Shown: positions 1-8,861 of the stretch, in pieces | How positions within the stretch are numbered: the first letter of the stretch is position 1 | How the letters are laid out: the number at the start of each line of letters is the position of its first letter | NCBI GenBank assembly: GCA_039198355.1 | Contig: JBCCTO010000012.1 | Location: 8,621 to 72,620 of the forward strand | Reading direction: 5' to 3' | DNA: 64,000 nucleotides | DNA from: Pseudomonadota bacterium | Lineage (GTDB): Bacteria > Pseudomonadota > Alphaproteobacteria > Rhizobiales > Rhizobiaceae | Notes under the pieces: generated by a model | Told to the model about the DNA's origin: nothing | The model's database searches: none | What the model saw: the letters and a program-made list of their open reading frames with translations, nothing else | Made by a program: the position numbers and the translations under genes

Positions 1-1021
1 CGGGCATGGGGGCGCCGGCGTTGTGGTTGGCGTTGTCATAGGTGAGCAACGCGCGGTCCACACTCGTGGTGGCTTTCCAGATGGCGCGGATGCCGTTTTC
101 ATAGCCGGAAACATCGTCCACGGAACCGGCCACGAACAGCATGGGGACTTTCACGCCTTTGAGGGTCTCCGCATCCCAAAAGCCGAAATTCATGCCCCAG
201 GGGCCGAAGGCGACGGCGGTTTTGATGCGGTCGTCGGGCAGTGCGTTGTGGGTCTTGGAGCCGGAGAGGTGAACGCCCAGCGTGCCGTGGGGGCCGCCCC
301 AGGCATAGTCCACGGATTTTTGCGTCACCCCGCCCCCAGCGGTGATGATGGCCCCGTAGCCGCCCATGGAATAGCCGATGAGGGCGGTGTTGGACGCCCG
401 CACCAGACCGTTCAGGAAGGAGGTTTCATCCTTCGATAGCCGGTCCATTTCGTTGAGCACAAAGAGCTGGTCGAAAGGGCGGTTCACCAGCGTGGAGCCG
501 AAGGCGGCCTGGGTGCGGTAGGTGGAATCCGTGTGGTCGATGGAGGCCACCACATAGCCTTTGGACGCCAGATTTTCCGCCAGATGGGAGAGTAGGAAAC
601 GGTTTCCGGGATAGCCGTGGGAGATGATGACGAGGGGGTATGAGACGCCCCCCGCTGGGCGCGCATCGCGGCGGGCCTTGCCCACCAGTTCCACCTCTGT
701 TTTGGCATCGCGCAGATAGGCTTTCAGCGTGGTGGTGTCTGTGGCCCCGCTCATGGCCGGATACCAGACTTCCACCGTGAGCGGCCGGTCATAGGTGGGC
801 AGAGTGGCGGGCTTTTGCGCCTTTGGGTCGATTTTGAGGATGTCGATCTGTTTGGGGTTCACCAATTCGATGGTGCGCACGCCCACGGGCAGGGTACCAT
901 AGGCCGCCAGTTCCGGCGCGCCGGGCAGTTGCGTGTCGATGCGGTTTTCGGCGCTCGCCGGGATGAGCGCAAAAAACAGGCTGGCGCCAGCGGTGATGGT
1001 GAGGTGGACAAATTTCTTCAC
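1..1021 (-). CDS. secreted alpha/beta-fold hydrolase (PAF-acetylhydrolase / dienelactone-hydrolase-like); C-terminus lies beyond the window edge
   Basis: Absent from the ORF track because it is open at the window edge. Hand translation of the minus strand from GTG (1021-1019) gives VKKFVHLTITAGASLFFALIPASAEN (signal peptide) ... YPLVIISHGYPGNRF ... LIGYSMGGYG (GxSxG nucleophile elbow) ... MLFVAGSVDD. SD-like GAAAGG lies upstream. Confidence 0.7.
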   Translation of the reverse strand, partial: MKKFVHLTITAGASLFFALIPASAENRIDTQLPGAPELAAYGTLPVGVRTIELVNPKQIDILKIDPKAQKPATLPTYDRPLTVEVWYPAMSGATDTTTLKAYLRDAKTEVELVGKARRDARPAGGVSYPLVIISHGYPGNRFLLSHLAENLASKGYVVASIDHTDSTYRTQAAFGSTLVNRPFDQLFVLNEMDRLSKDETSFLNGLVRASNTALIGYSMGGYGAIITAGGGVTQKSVDYAWGGPHGTLGVHLSGSKTHNALPDDRIKTAVAFGPWGMNFGFWDAETLKGVKVPMLFVAGSVDDVSGYENGIRAIWKATTSVDRALLTYDNANHNAGAPMP

Positions 1022-1194
1022 GGTGAGCCTTTCGCAAGCGCAATTGAGAGCGAGCGGAAGCATTGGGCAAAGCCGGTTTGAATGCAAAGTGCCATCTTGT
1101 CCGCTTGTGATGGGGAAAATCGACGAAAAATGCCTTGTCAGCGCGGCTCTGGCACCGGAAACTCCCCAAAATACTCTCACTATTGAGCCGAGCC

Positions 1195-1956
1195 ATGGAC
1201 CGCTTCCACAAACTCCTCTCCGCCGACCGCATGGCTCTGTCCGGCTGGTCCGCCATGAACGACACATTCTATCACATTACGCTGGCGAAGACGGATTTCG
1301 ATGCCATCACGCTGGACATGCAGCATGGCATGGTGACGGAGGAAGGGGCCATTCGCGGCGTGGCGGCCATGTTGCCTTTCGGCAAACCCATCGTGGTGCG
1401 CATTCCTGTGGGGCGATTTGATTTTGTTTCGAAAATTTTGGACGCGGGCGCCCATGGCATCATCGCGCCTATGATTAACACGGTGGAAGACGCGAGGGCG
1501 TTGGTCTCCTTTGGCAAATATCTGCCCACGGGGGACCGGTCTTTCGGGGCGTCCCACGCGGCCCTGCTGAACGGCATGACGCCTGTGGATTATGTGAAGG
1601 GCGGGAACGCCAACACCAAGCTCTTCGCCATGATCGAAACCCAGCAGGCCGTGGACAATATGGAAGCCATTGCGGATGTCGACGGCATCGACGGCCTGTT
1701 TTGCGGCCCTGGTGATCTGTCCATTTCCATCCGCAATAATCTTCAGCCGGACCCATACGGGCCGGACACGATCGAGATCATCAAGTCTTTGGTGGCCTGC
1801 GCCAAAGACCGGAGCAAGCTTACTGCCGCGTGGTGCGGCTCTGTTGATCACGCCAAATTGGTGGCGGGCATGGGGTTTGACTTCGCGGCGTTGGGCCACG
1901 ATTCGCTTTATCTGGCGAATGGCGTGAACCGTATGGTGGCGGAAATCCGCGGGTGA
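1195..1956 (+). CDS. HpcH/HpaI-family (class II) aldolase
   Basis: ORF 1135..1956, with the start moved to ATG 1195 (MDRFHKLL). Full-length family-like pattern: DAITLDMQHG, VVRIPV, IIAPMINTVEDA, MIETQQAVDN..IADVDGIDGLFCGPGDLS. Confidence 0.8.
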   Translation: MDRFHKLLSADRMALSGWSAMNDTFYHITLAKTDFDAITLDMQHGMVTEEGAIRGVAAMLPFGKPIVVRIPVGRFDFVSKILDAGAHGIIAPMINTVEDARALVSFGKYLPTGDRSFGASHAALLNGMTPVDYVKGGNANTKLFAMIETQQAVDNMEAIADVDGIDGLFCGPGDLSISIRNNLQPDPYGPDTIEIIKSLVACAKDRSKLTAAWCGSVDHAKLVAGMGFDFAALGHDSLYLANGVNRMVAEIRG

Positions 1957-2071
1957 CTAAGCACGCTCTGTGAACTGGATTTCAGCTGCTCTGTGAAGCG
2001 TTCATGCTTGATCTTCGGTTAACAGCAAACCTGCTGACCGATTTGTGTTGGTGCTTACCTTGATACAAGGC

Positions 2072-3688
2072 CTACCAAGTCTGTTCCACAATGGGGAATT
2101 GGCGAAGGTAGTTGGGATCATCCGTGCAGACGATGTAGATCATGTTGGGGGTGGTGCTGGGGCCGCCGCGGGCGATGCCGTTGCACTCACCGCTTTGTAA
2201 CAGGCCTAAAGCGTAGTGGCGCATCGCAATGACGATTTCGCGTGGCACTTTTGATTTGCGGCCCGGCAGTTTGCGCAGGCGGCGGTCCAACAGGGCCTTG
2301 GTGAGTTTCTTGGGGCGCTCCCCAAAGGAGATGGGCTGGGAGTCGGCTGCTTTGTAGACCGGTTCCGGCTCTTCCACCTTTGCAATCTCCGGCTCCGCTT
2401 CCGTTGCCTGTGGGGTATTGTTCCGCGGTGCTTTGGGCGGCAGCACCACGGCTACCTGTTGTTCTTCTGGCTTTGTTGGTGCGGCAGGTGTTGCGGGTTG
2501 AGCAGCAGCCTCATCTTTGGGAGGCGTGTAACCCACGTTGCCAGTCACTTTCTGGCGTTCAGCGGCAGCCCGTGCCAGGCGCTTGCGTTCCGCTTCGTTG
2601 GTGGCTTCCCGAGCAGCTTGTCGGGCGCGGGCTTCTTCACGCGCTTTCTCTCTTGCTTGCTGAGCTGCCTGTTGGCGGCTGGCTTCAGCCTGTCGGCGGG
2701 CCTCGGAGGCCTGCCGAATTTCTTCGTTTTTGGCTTGGGCAGCGGCCAGTCTGGCATTTACCGCTGCGGCCGCTTCAGCGACCCGTTTGCGCTCCGCTTC
2801 TTCCGCAGCCCGGCGGGCGCGGGCTTGCTCTTCCAGCTTTGCCAGTCGCTCTTTTTCTGCTTTCAAAGCGGCCTGCCTTTGGGCTTCCTGCTGGGCCACG
2901 CGTGCTTGTTCCTGCCTGCGGGCTTCCCCTTCGAGTCGGGCACGTCGGGCCGCTTCGGTTTCACCTGTTTCTGGTGATGAGGCGGTTGTTTCTGTGGGGG
3001 CCTGAGCCGCCTGTTGTTGGGCGAGGCGGGCCTGTACCTGTTCCCATGTTAACGTCCCGCTCGATGTGGCAGGGGCTGCAGGTTGCGTTGGGATGGGTTC
3101 AGACCTGACCACCTCCACCGGTTTGGGCGCGGGTTGGGGTTGTGGTGCTGGTTGTTGTCTCTCCACCACTTCTGGTTCCGGCACGGCCTGTGGCTCTGGC
3201 TGCGTTTCCTGCACCGGCTCAGGTGCAGGGGTCCGCGCAATTTGTTTGCCCGGGCGGAACGTGGGCGTGGCTGGTCGGCGCAGTCTCGCCAGTTGGTCAA
3301 TCACGGAAACGCGGCGGGGCTTGGCAGCGCGCTTGGCCTGCTTGGGCTTTGGTGTTGGCGCAGCCGCCGTTTCCGTTTTGAAGGCGGAAAGGGGCACCCA
3401 CAGCGCAGGCTTTGCCGTGATCTTGTCACCGAAATTCGGGACAAGTTTTCCCCGGTCCAAATAGGCGGAAACCCGCGCCCAGCCCTTCTTGCGTTCCAGA
3501 ATGGTTGCCGTTCCACCCGGCTTATAGCTGTGGCCGTTGACCGCGATGCATTGGGCCGGGCACAGGCGCACGGTGATGGGTTTGTCGGTAAACGTGCGCA
3601 CCTGTTGCGCGTAGGCCGCGTTGGCAAACCAATAGGTGGCCAGCCCCATCACAACCACGATCTTTGAAAAGTCCCAAATGTAACGCAT
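2072..3688 (-). CDS. membrane-anchored protein with Pro-rich and Ala/Glu/Arg/Gln-rich (TolA-like) low-complexity core; function unknown
   Basis: ORF 2072..3769, with the start moved to ATG 3688 (MRYIWDFSKIVVVMGLATYWFANAAYA, an N-terminal anchor). The central ~300 aa are PxP-rich, then a charged coiled coil (EAERKRVAEAAAAVNARLAAAQAKNEE). The N- and C-terminal ends look globular. Confidence 0.6.
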   Translation of the reverse strand: MRYIWDFSKIVVVMGLATYWFANAAYAQQVRTFTDKPITVRLCPAQCIAVNGHSYKPGGTATILERKKGWARVSAYLDRGKLVPNFGDKITAKPALWVPLSAFKTETAAAPTPKPKQAKRAAKPRRVSVIDQLARLRRPATPTFRPGKQIARTPAPEPVQETQPEPQAVPEPEVVERQQPAPQPQPAPKPVEVVRSEPIPTQPAAPATSSGTLTWEQVQARLAQQQAAQAPTETTASSPETGETEAARRARLEGEARRQEQARVAQQEAQRQAALKAEKERLAKLEEQARARRAAEEAERKRVAEAAAAVNARLAAAQAKNEEIRQASEARRQAEASRQQAAQQAREKAREEARARQAAREATNEAERKRLARAAAERQKVTGNVGYTPPKDEAAAQPATPAAPTKPEEQQVAVVLPPKAPRNNTPQATEAEPEIAKVEEPEPVYKAADSQPISFGERPKKLTKALLDRRLRKLPGRKSKVPREIVIAMRHYALGLLQSGECNGIARGGPSTTPNMIYIVCTDDPNYLRQFPIVEQTW

Positions 3689-3907
3689 CGCCTCAACCAC
3701 ATCCTTGCGCACAAATTGCAGCACCTTCCACGAAGGAAAGCGCACGCCCCAAGGCTCATAGTTAACCAAAGGTTAAGCGCCTTGAAAAGTGAAGCTGTGC
3801 CGCAAGGTTAACGCGACCCTTGGCCATATACCTTTGAGGGGACTTTCGTGGAGGGCAGGTTCAGGCTATTTCTGGCCTCCGATAGTGTGCCAGGCGGAAG
3901 AAATGCC

Positions 3908-6070
3908 ATGACTGATAAGCCCTTTCCCCGCGATTGGTTGAACCTTGCCAGCAAGGAAATGAAGGGTGGCGAACCCGAAAGTCTCACCTGGCAAACGCCG
4001 GAGGGCATTGCCGTCAAACCGCTTTATACGGGCGAAGATTTGGAGGGTCTGGAGCACCTTGCCCCCAATGGTAGTGAGAGCTTGCCCGGCCAAGCCCCGT
4101 TTACCCGTGGCCCCAAGGCCACCATGTATGCGGGGCGCCCGTGGACCATCCGGCAATATGCGGGCTTTTCCACCGCGGAAGAGAGTAACAAGTTTTACCG
4201 CGCCGCGCTGGCAGGCGGGCAAAAGGGCCTCTCGGTGGCTTTCGATCTGGCCACCCACCGGGGCTATGATTCGGACCACCCCCGCGTCGTCGGTGATGTG
4301 GGTAAGGCGGGCGTGGCCATCGATTCCGTCGAGGATATGAAAATCCTGTTCGACGGTATCCCGCTGGATCAGATGTCCGTTTCCATGACCATGAATGGCG
4401 CGGTCATCCCTGTGCTGGCCGCTTTCATCGTGGCGGGGGAAGAGCAGGGCCATTCCCGCGCGCAACTCTCCGGCACCATCCAGAACGACATTCTCAAAGA
4501 GTTTATGGTGCGCAACACCTATATCTATCCGCCGGAACCCTCCATGCGGATTGTGGCGGATATTATCGAATACACGGCCAAGGAGATGCCGCGCTATAAT
4601 TCCATCTCCATCTCCGGCTATCACATGCAGGAGGCCGGGGCGACGCTGGTGCAGGAACTGGCCTTCACCATTGCCGACGGGCGCGATTATGTGCGCGCCG
4701 CCATTGCCAAGGGCATGGATGTGGATGCCTTTGCGGGTCGCTTGTCCTTCTTCTTCTGCATCGGCATGAATTTCTTCATGGAGGCCGCCAAGCTGCGCGC
4801 CGCCCGCACCCTGTGGGCGCGGGTTATGGATGAATTTGGTGCCAATGACCGCAGTAAAATGCTGCGCACCCATTGTCAGACCTCTGGCGTGTCTCTGCAA
4901 GAGCAGGACCCGTATAATAACGTGGTGCGCACGGCCTATGAGGCCCTTTCCGCCGTGCTGGGCGGCACGCAAAGCCTGCACACCAATTCCTTTGATGAAG
5001 CCATCGCGCTGCCCACCGACTTTTCCGCCCGTATCGCGCGCAACACGCAACTCATTTTGCAGCACGAGACGGGGGTGACGAAGACCGTCGATCCGCTGGC
5101 GGGCTCTTACTACGTGGAGAGCCTCACCGGGCAGCTTATCGACGAAGCCTGGGCGCTGATGGAAGAGTTGGAAGCCCTTGGTGGCATGACAGCAGCCATT
5201 GAGGCGGGCATGCCCAAAGCCCGCATTGAAGAGGCTGCAGCGCAAAAACAGGCCCGCATCGACAAGGGCGATGAGGTGATTGTGGGGGTAAACAAGTTCA
5301 AACCCGCCGCTGAAACGCCTGTTGAAGTGCGGGACATTGACAATGCCGCCGTCCGAGAAGCACAAATTCGGCGTTTGGAGCGCATTCGTAAAACGCGGGA
5401 TGCGCAGTCCCACCAAGCAGCCTTGAGCAATCTGGAAGAGGTCTGCCGCTCGGGCGATGGCAATATTTTGGAAGCTGCTGTGGAAGCCGCCCGCGCCCGG
5501 GCCAGCGTCGGCGAAATTTCATGGGCCATGGAAAACGCCTTTGGCCGCCACGCCGCTACCGTCGTGACGGTGGGCGGTGTTTATGAAGATGTCTATGGCG
5601 ATGATCCGGTTTTCAAAGAAACTCAAGACGCGGTGGGCTCCTTTGCGGAAGATTTGGGCCGCAAGCCCAAGGTCTTGGTGGTGAAAATGGGCCAGGACGG
5701 CCATGACCGGGGCGCCAAGGTTATCGCCTCCGCGTTCCTCGATTTGGGTTTTGATGTGACCGTTGGACCCCTTTTCCTCACGCCTGCGGAGGCCGCCGAT
5801 ATGGCCGTAGCGGAGGACGTGGATATCGTCGGCATTTCCAGCCACGCGGCAGGGCACAAAACCTTGTCACCCCTTTTGCTAGCCGAACTGGCCAAGCGAG
5901 ACGCTGCCGACAAAATTGTCATCGCCGGCGGAGTTATTCCTTCGCAGGACTACAATTTTCTCACCGAAGCTGGCGTTAAAGCCATTTTCGGCCCCGGCAC
6001 CCATATTCCCGACGCGGCCATGCAATTGCTGGCGCTGTTGAAAGAGCAAATGCGCGGGCGGAATCGGTAG
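3908..6070 (+). CDS. scpA: methylmalonyl-CoA mutase, single-chain (catalytic barrel plus C-terminal B12-binding domain)
   Basis: ORF 3848..6070, with the start at ATG 3908 ([17 protein letters not shown]). Typical MCM blocks are present: [30 protein letters not shown] and [18 protein letters not shown]. The C-terminal [18 protein letters not shown] carries the DxHxxG B12 motif. Confidence 0.92.
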   Translation: MTDKPFPRDWLNLASKEMKGGEPESLTWQTPEGIAVKPLYTGEDLEGLEHLAPNGSESLPGQAPFTRGPKATMYAGRPWTIRQYAGFSTAEESNKFYRAALAGGQKGLSVAFDLATHRGYDSDHPRVVGDVGKAGVAIDSVEDMKILFDGIPLDQMSVSMTMNGAVIPVLAAFIVAGEEQGHSRAQLSGTIQNDILKEFMVRNTYIYPPEPSMRIVADIIEYTAKEMPRYNSISISGYHMQEAGATLVQELAFTIADGRDYVRAAIAKGMDVDAFAGRLSFFFCIGMNFFMEAAKLRAARTLWARVMDEFGANDRSKMLRTHCQTSGVSLQEQDPYNNVVRTAYEALSAVLGGTQSLHTNSFDEAIALPTDFSARIARNTQLILQHETGVTKTVDPLAGSYYVESLTGQLIDEAWALMEELEALGGMTAAIEAGMPKARIEEAAAQKQARIDKGDEVIVGVNKFKPAAETPVEVRDIDNAAVREAQIRRLERIRKTRDAQSHQAALSNLEEVCRSGDGNILEAAVEAARARASVGEISWAMENAFGRHAATVVTVGGVYEDVYGDDPVFKETQDAVGSFAEDLGRKPKVLVVKMGQDGHDRGAKVIASAFLDLGFDVTVGPLFLTPAEAADMAVAEDVDIVGISSHAAGHKTLSPLLLAELAKRDAADKIVIAGGVIPSQDYNFLTEAGVKAIFGPGTHIPDAAMQLLALLKEQMRGRNR

Positions 6071-6072
6071 CT

Positions 6073-6468
6073 TTATTTCACCCGCGCTGTGCCAAAGGTG
6101 CTGCTGAAGCGTTTGCAGTGGATGTGAACGCTGGAGATGGATTTGGCCAGCGCTGGGGAGATTTTGTAGGTTTGGGTCCCGGAATTGGCCCGCAATTTTG
6201 CGATGCGGCGGGAGGGAGAGCCGTTGCCCACATAAACATACAGGTCCGGACCAGATGAGGTGCGGAAGCCGGACAGACGAATGGTGCCGTTCTCCGAGAC
6301 CGTGACGGAGCCGCGCACGCTATAGCGGCCTTGGGATTTGAACGTACCCTTTTTGCCCGCGGCCTCTGCGGTCAGGGACGTGATGGGGGCTGTTACACCC
6401 GTGGCGAAAGCCGCAAGCGCAAGGGCGGCAAAGGCGCGGCGGGTGGTTTTGGCGGTGGTGATGGTCAT
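6073..6468 (-). CDS. DM13-domain protein with Tat/Sec-like signal peptide
   Basis: 131 aa. N-terminus is TTRRAFAALALAAFATG, followed by a GTFKSQGRYSVRGSVTV..IRLSGFRTSSGPDLYVYVG pattern typical of DM13 domains (recalled from memory). Confidence 0.65.
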   Translation of the reverse strand: MTITTAKTTRRAFAALALAAFATGVTAPITSLTAEAAGKKGTFKSQGRYSVRGSVTVSENGTIRLSGFRTSSGPDLYVYVGNGSPSRRIAKLRANSGTQTYKISPALAKSISSVHIHCKRFSSTFGTARVK

Positions 6469-6639
6469 GGCGAAAACCTCTCAATTAACATTGTGCACAC
6501 AGTGGCGCGCCCATGGGCATGACGCAATTCACCAAGGTTCACGCTTTTGTGGCATGGGGTCGGCAGCGCCATTGTCGCTTTCGCTTCCCGTCATCTACGC
6601 TTATGCTAGATCCGGAATTGTATTTTGCGGGGGAGCATT

Positions 6640-7659
6640 ATGATTGGCGAAAACACGGCAACCAATGCCATGATCGACCCGTTTGGCCGCACGGTTGATT
6701 ATCTGCGCGTTTCGGTGACGGACCGTTGCGATTTTCGCTGCGTTTACTGCATGGCCGAAGACATGACTTTTCTGCCTAAGCGGGACCTGTTGACCCTGGA
6801 GGAGCTGGATCGCCTCTGCACCGTGTTTATTGAAAAGGGCGTGCGCAAATTGCGGCTGACCGGCGGTGAACCGTTGGTACGCAAAAATATCATGAGCCTG
6901 ATTGAGAGCCTGTCCCGCCACCTCAGCAGCGAGGCTTTGGAAGAGTTGACCCTAACGACCAATGGTTCGCAGCTTGCTCGCCATGCCCAGCGCCTGGCTG
7001 ATTGTGGGGTGAAGCGGGTGAATGTCTCCATCGACACGCTGGACCATGAGAAATTCACCAAGATTACCCGTTGGGGGCAATTGGGTCGGGTCATGGAAGG
7101 TCTGGAGGCAGCACGCCAGGCAGGCCTTGCCATCAAAATCAATGCGGTGGCGCTGAAAGGTGTCAATGAATTTGAGATTGAGGACATGATGCGCTGGGCC
7201 CACGGTGAGGGATTTGATCTCACGCTGATCGAGACCATGCCGCTGGGGGAAATTGAGGAAGACCGGACGGACCAGTATTTGCCGCTTTCGCTGGTGCGGC
7301 GGCGGTTGGAAGAGACGTTCACATTAACGCCCAATGCCCACAAAACTGGCGGCCCTGCCCGCTATGTGGATGTGGCCGAGACAGGCGGGCGGTTAGGCTT
7401 CATCACGCCCCTGACGCACAATTTTTGCGAAAGCTGTAACCGCGTTCGCGTGACCTGTACGGGAACGCTTTTCATGTGTCTGGGGCAAGAGGATGCTGCC
7501 GACCTGCGGACGCCCCTTCGGGCTTCGGAAGGCAATGAAGTGCTGTCGGCTGCCATTGATGAGGCCATCGGGCGCAAACCCAAGGGCCATGATTTCATCA
7601 TCGAGCGCCGGGGTGAAAAAGCCGCCGTGGGGCGGCATATGTCCATGACCGGTGGCTAG
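6640..7659 (+). CDS. moaA: GTP 3',8-cyclase MoaA (radical SAM, molybdenum cofactor biosynthesis)
   Basis: CDFRCVYCM radical-SAM cluster motif, LRLTGGEPL, and C-terminal [14 protein letters not shown] second-cluster motif. GGGGAG SD precedes ATG 6640. Confidence 0.92.
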   Translation: MIGENTATNAMIDPFGRTVDYLRVSVTDRCDFRCVYCMAEDMTFLPKRDLLTLEELDRLCTVFIEKGVRKLRLTGGEPLVRKNIMSLIESLSRHLSSEALEELTLTTNGSQLARHAQRLADCGVKRVNVSIDTLDHEKFTKITRWGQLGRVMEGLEAARQAGLAIKINAVALKGVNEFEIEDMMRWAHGEGFDLTLIETMPLGEIEEDRTDQYLPLSLVRRRLEETFTLTPNAHKTGGPARYVDVAETGGRLGFITPLTHNFCESCNRVRVTCTGTLFMCLGQEDAADLRTPLRASEGNEVLSAAIDEAIGRKPKGHDFIIERRGEKAAVGRHMSMTGG

Positions 7660-7770
7660 AGCACTGCGCATTTAACTTGAATCAAAAAAGCTGCCTCTCA
7701 AATAGCAATACGCTGTTTTCGAACGCATTTTTTGATGCATCACTGTTTTTTATAGAATGCGAGATGCTCT
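7657..7770. mobile_element. MITE-like ~113-bp element, copy A (intergenic, between two convergent stop codons)
   Basis: Aligns along its whole length with 13495..13608 (GAGCACTGCRCRTT ... CTGCCTCTCAAAYAGCA ... GCTGTTTTCGAACGCATTTTTTGAT ... GAAYGCGAGATGCTC). It has imperfect terminal inverted repeats (GAGCACTGCGCATT / AATGCGAGATGCTC) and an internal ATCAAAAAA/TTTTTTGAT inverted repeat. It is flanked by TA on both sides. Confidence 0.7.
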
Positions 7771-8032
7771 AAGTTCGCATTTTTGCCATGTGCTTGGCGG
7801 CGCGCCCGGTCACCCGTTTGCGCCACATTTTGAAACTCTTGGGTTTCATTTCCCGGCGCATGAGCGCGATCACTTCTTTTTCGCTCATACCCGTTTGCGC
7901 CTCTATGCTGTCAAAGCTGGTGTCATCGCACCATGCCAGTTCGATCATTTCGCTTGTCGTGGGCCGAGAGGGCTGGGGGGTATCGGCGTTGTGCGGAGTG
8001 GGCCAGTCGTCGGGGAAAATGGGTTTGGACAT
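7769..8032 (-). CDS. small conserved protein, TIGR03643/DUF2805-like
   Basis: 87 aa. Contains EMIELAWCDDTSFDSIEAQTGMSEKEVIALMRREMKPKSFKMWRKRVTGRAAKH, which matches my recollection of that family. Confidence 0.6.
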   Translation of the reverse strand: MSKPIFPDDWPTPHNADTPQPSRPTTSEMIELAWCDDTSFDSIEAQTGMSEKEVIALMRREMKPKSFKMWRKRVTGRAAKHMAKMRT

Positions 8033-8097
8033 ACTTGGCCGATTTTTAATGTATCAAGTGGTAGCGGTTGCATGTGTGTGGATGCCCTCACAACTTA

Positions 8098-8198
8098 CTC
8101 CCTCATCCTCGGCATTATGCCGGGGATCCATTCCGTGAAACTGAAAACGTTTTTAGTTTTGAGGAATGGATTGCCGGACTAAATCCGGCAATGAGGAG
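8098..8198. repeat. REP/MITE-like composite palindromic element, family 2, copy 1
   Basis: Two inverted units, each with its own hairpin: CTCCCTCATCCTCGGCATTATGCCGGGGATCCATTCC ... GGAATGGATTGCCGGACTAAATCCGGCAATGAGGAG. The same architecture occurs at 20187..20290. Confidence 0.65.
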
Positions 8199-8269
8199 AA
8201 AATTGGATAGTAGTCCCTTTCACCAGGAGTGGAGAGGTCGTTGATGAGGAAGCTGCGGGAAACCCGTCC

Positions 8270-8776
8270 TCAATTCAGAAACCAAACGAGCGCGAGCGAA
8301 TACAAAAGCACGCCAACGCCGATAATGGTGGCGGGGAAGGTCCACGGTACTGATTTGTTTAACTGGTCATTCACCCGGGCGAGGAGATCGGGCCAGGTGT
8401 AGGAGACGAAGTCACCCTGGGTCATGATCGCCACCACGTCGCCGGTCTCGTCCACCACCGGCAGGCGGCGGAAGCGCTCGTTGGACATGGTGCGCAGCCA
8501 GTCCACCACATCGTCATCCGCCTTTGCCACGCGCACTTCTTTTGTCATGACATCGGCCAGTGTGGTCGTCTTTGGGTCGCGGCCCTCGTTGACCACGCGC
8601 TTCATGACGTCCCGCTCGGTAAACAGGCCGCTCATTGTGCCATCTGAGCTGGTGGCAACAATGGAGCCAAAATTTCGCTCCGTCATCATGGCCACAGCTT
8701 CTGCAACCGTTGTCGAATCAACAGTCTTCAGGGGCTTTGGTTTGGAGCGAAACTCTATGCGGTCCTGAATTTTCAT
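8270..8776 (-). CDS. CBS-pair domain protein with C-terminal transmembrane helix
   Basis: ORF 8270..8797, with the start at ATG 8776 (MKIQDRI). Two CBS-like repeats (..VAEAVAMMTERNFGSIVA.., ..RRLPVVDETGDVVAIMTQGDF..). Hydrophobic tail ATIIGVGVLLYSLALVWFL. Confidence 0.8.
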   Translation of the reverse strand: MKIQDRIEFRSKPKPLKTVDSTTVAEAVAMMTERNFGSIVATSSDGTMSGLFTERDVMKRVVNEGRDPKTTTLADVMTKEVRVAKADDDVVDWLRTMSNERFRRLPVVDETGDVVAIMTQGDFVSYTWPDLLARVNDQLNKSVPWTFPATIIGVGVLLYSLALVWFLN

Positions 8777-8861
8777 GGAGGCACCTTCTAAAAACAATTA
8801 TGGAAAACAGCAGGGGAGAAACGCTATTCGGCCCGTTCAGTTCCCGCAAAATGTGCCCGGC

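Noticed and set aside
3866-5416. Very long antisense ORFs opposite well-supported genes. Examples are 3866..5416(-) vs scpA, 16015..16884(+) vs pccB, 46300..47832(-) vs the HlyD genes, 60984..62213(-) vs trpE, and 41435..42586(-) vs the adhesin.
   Set aside because: This is a typical high-GC artefact. Stop codons are rare in the frame opposite GC3-rich genes. The translations are Arg/Gly/His/Pro-rich low-complexity strings with no family resemblance, while the sense-strand products are unmistakable.
6469-6639. Possible Moco riboswitch upstream of moaA.
   Set aside because: I could not find the conserved Moco-motif elements by eye. Only an Infernal/Rfam scan could settle this, so no call is made.
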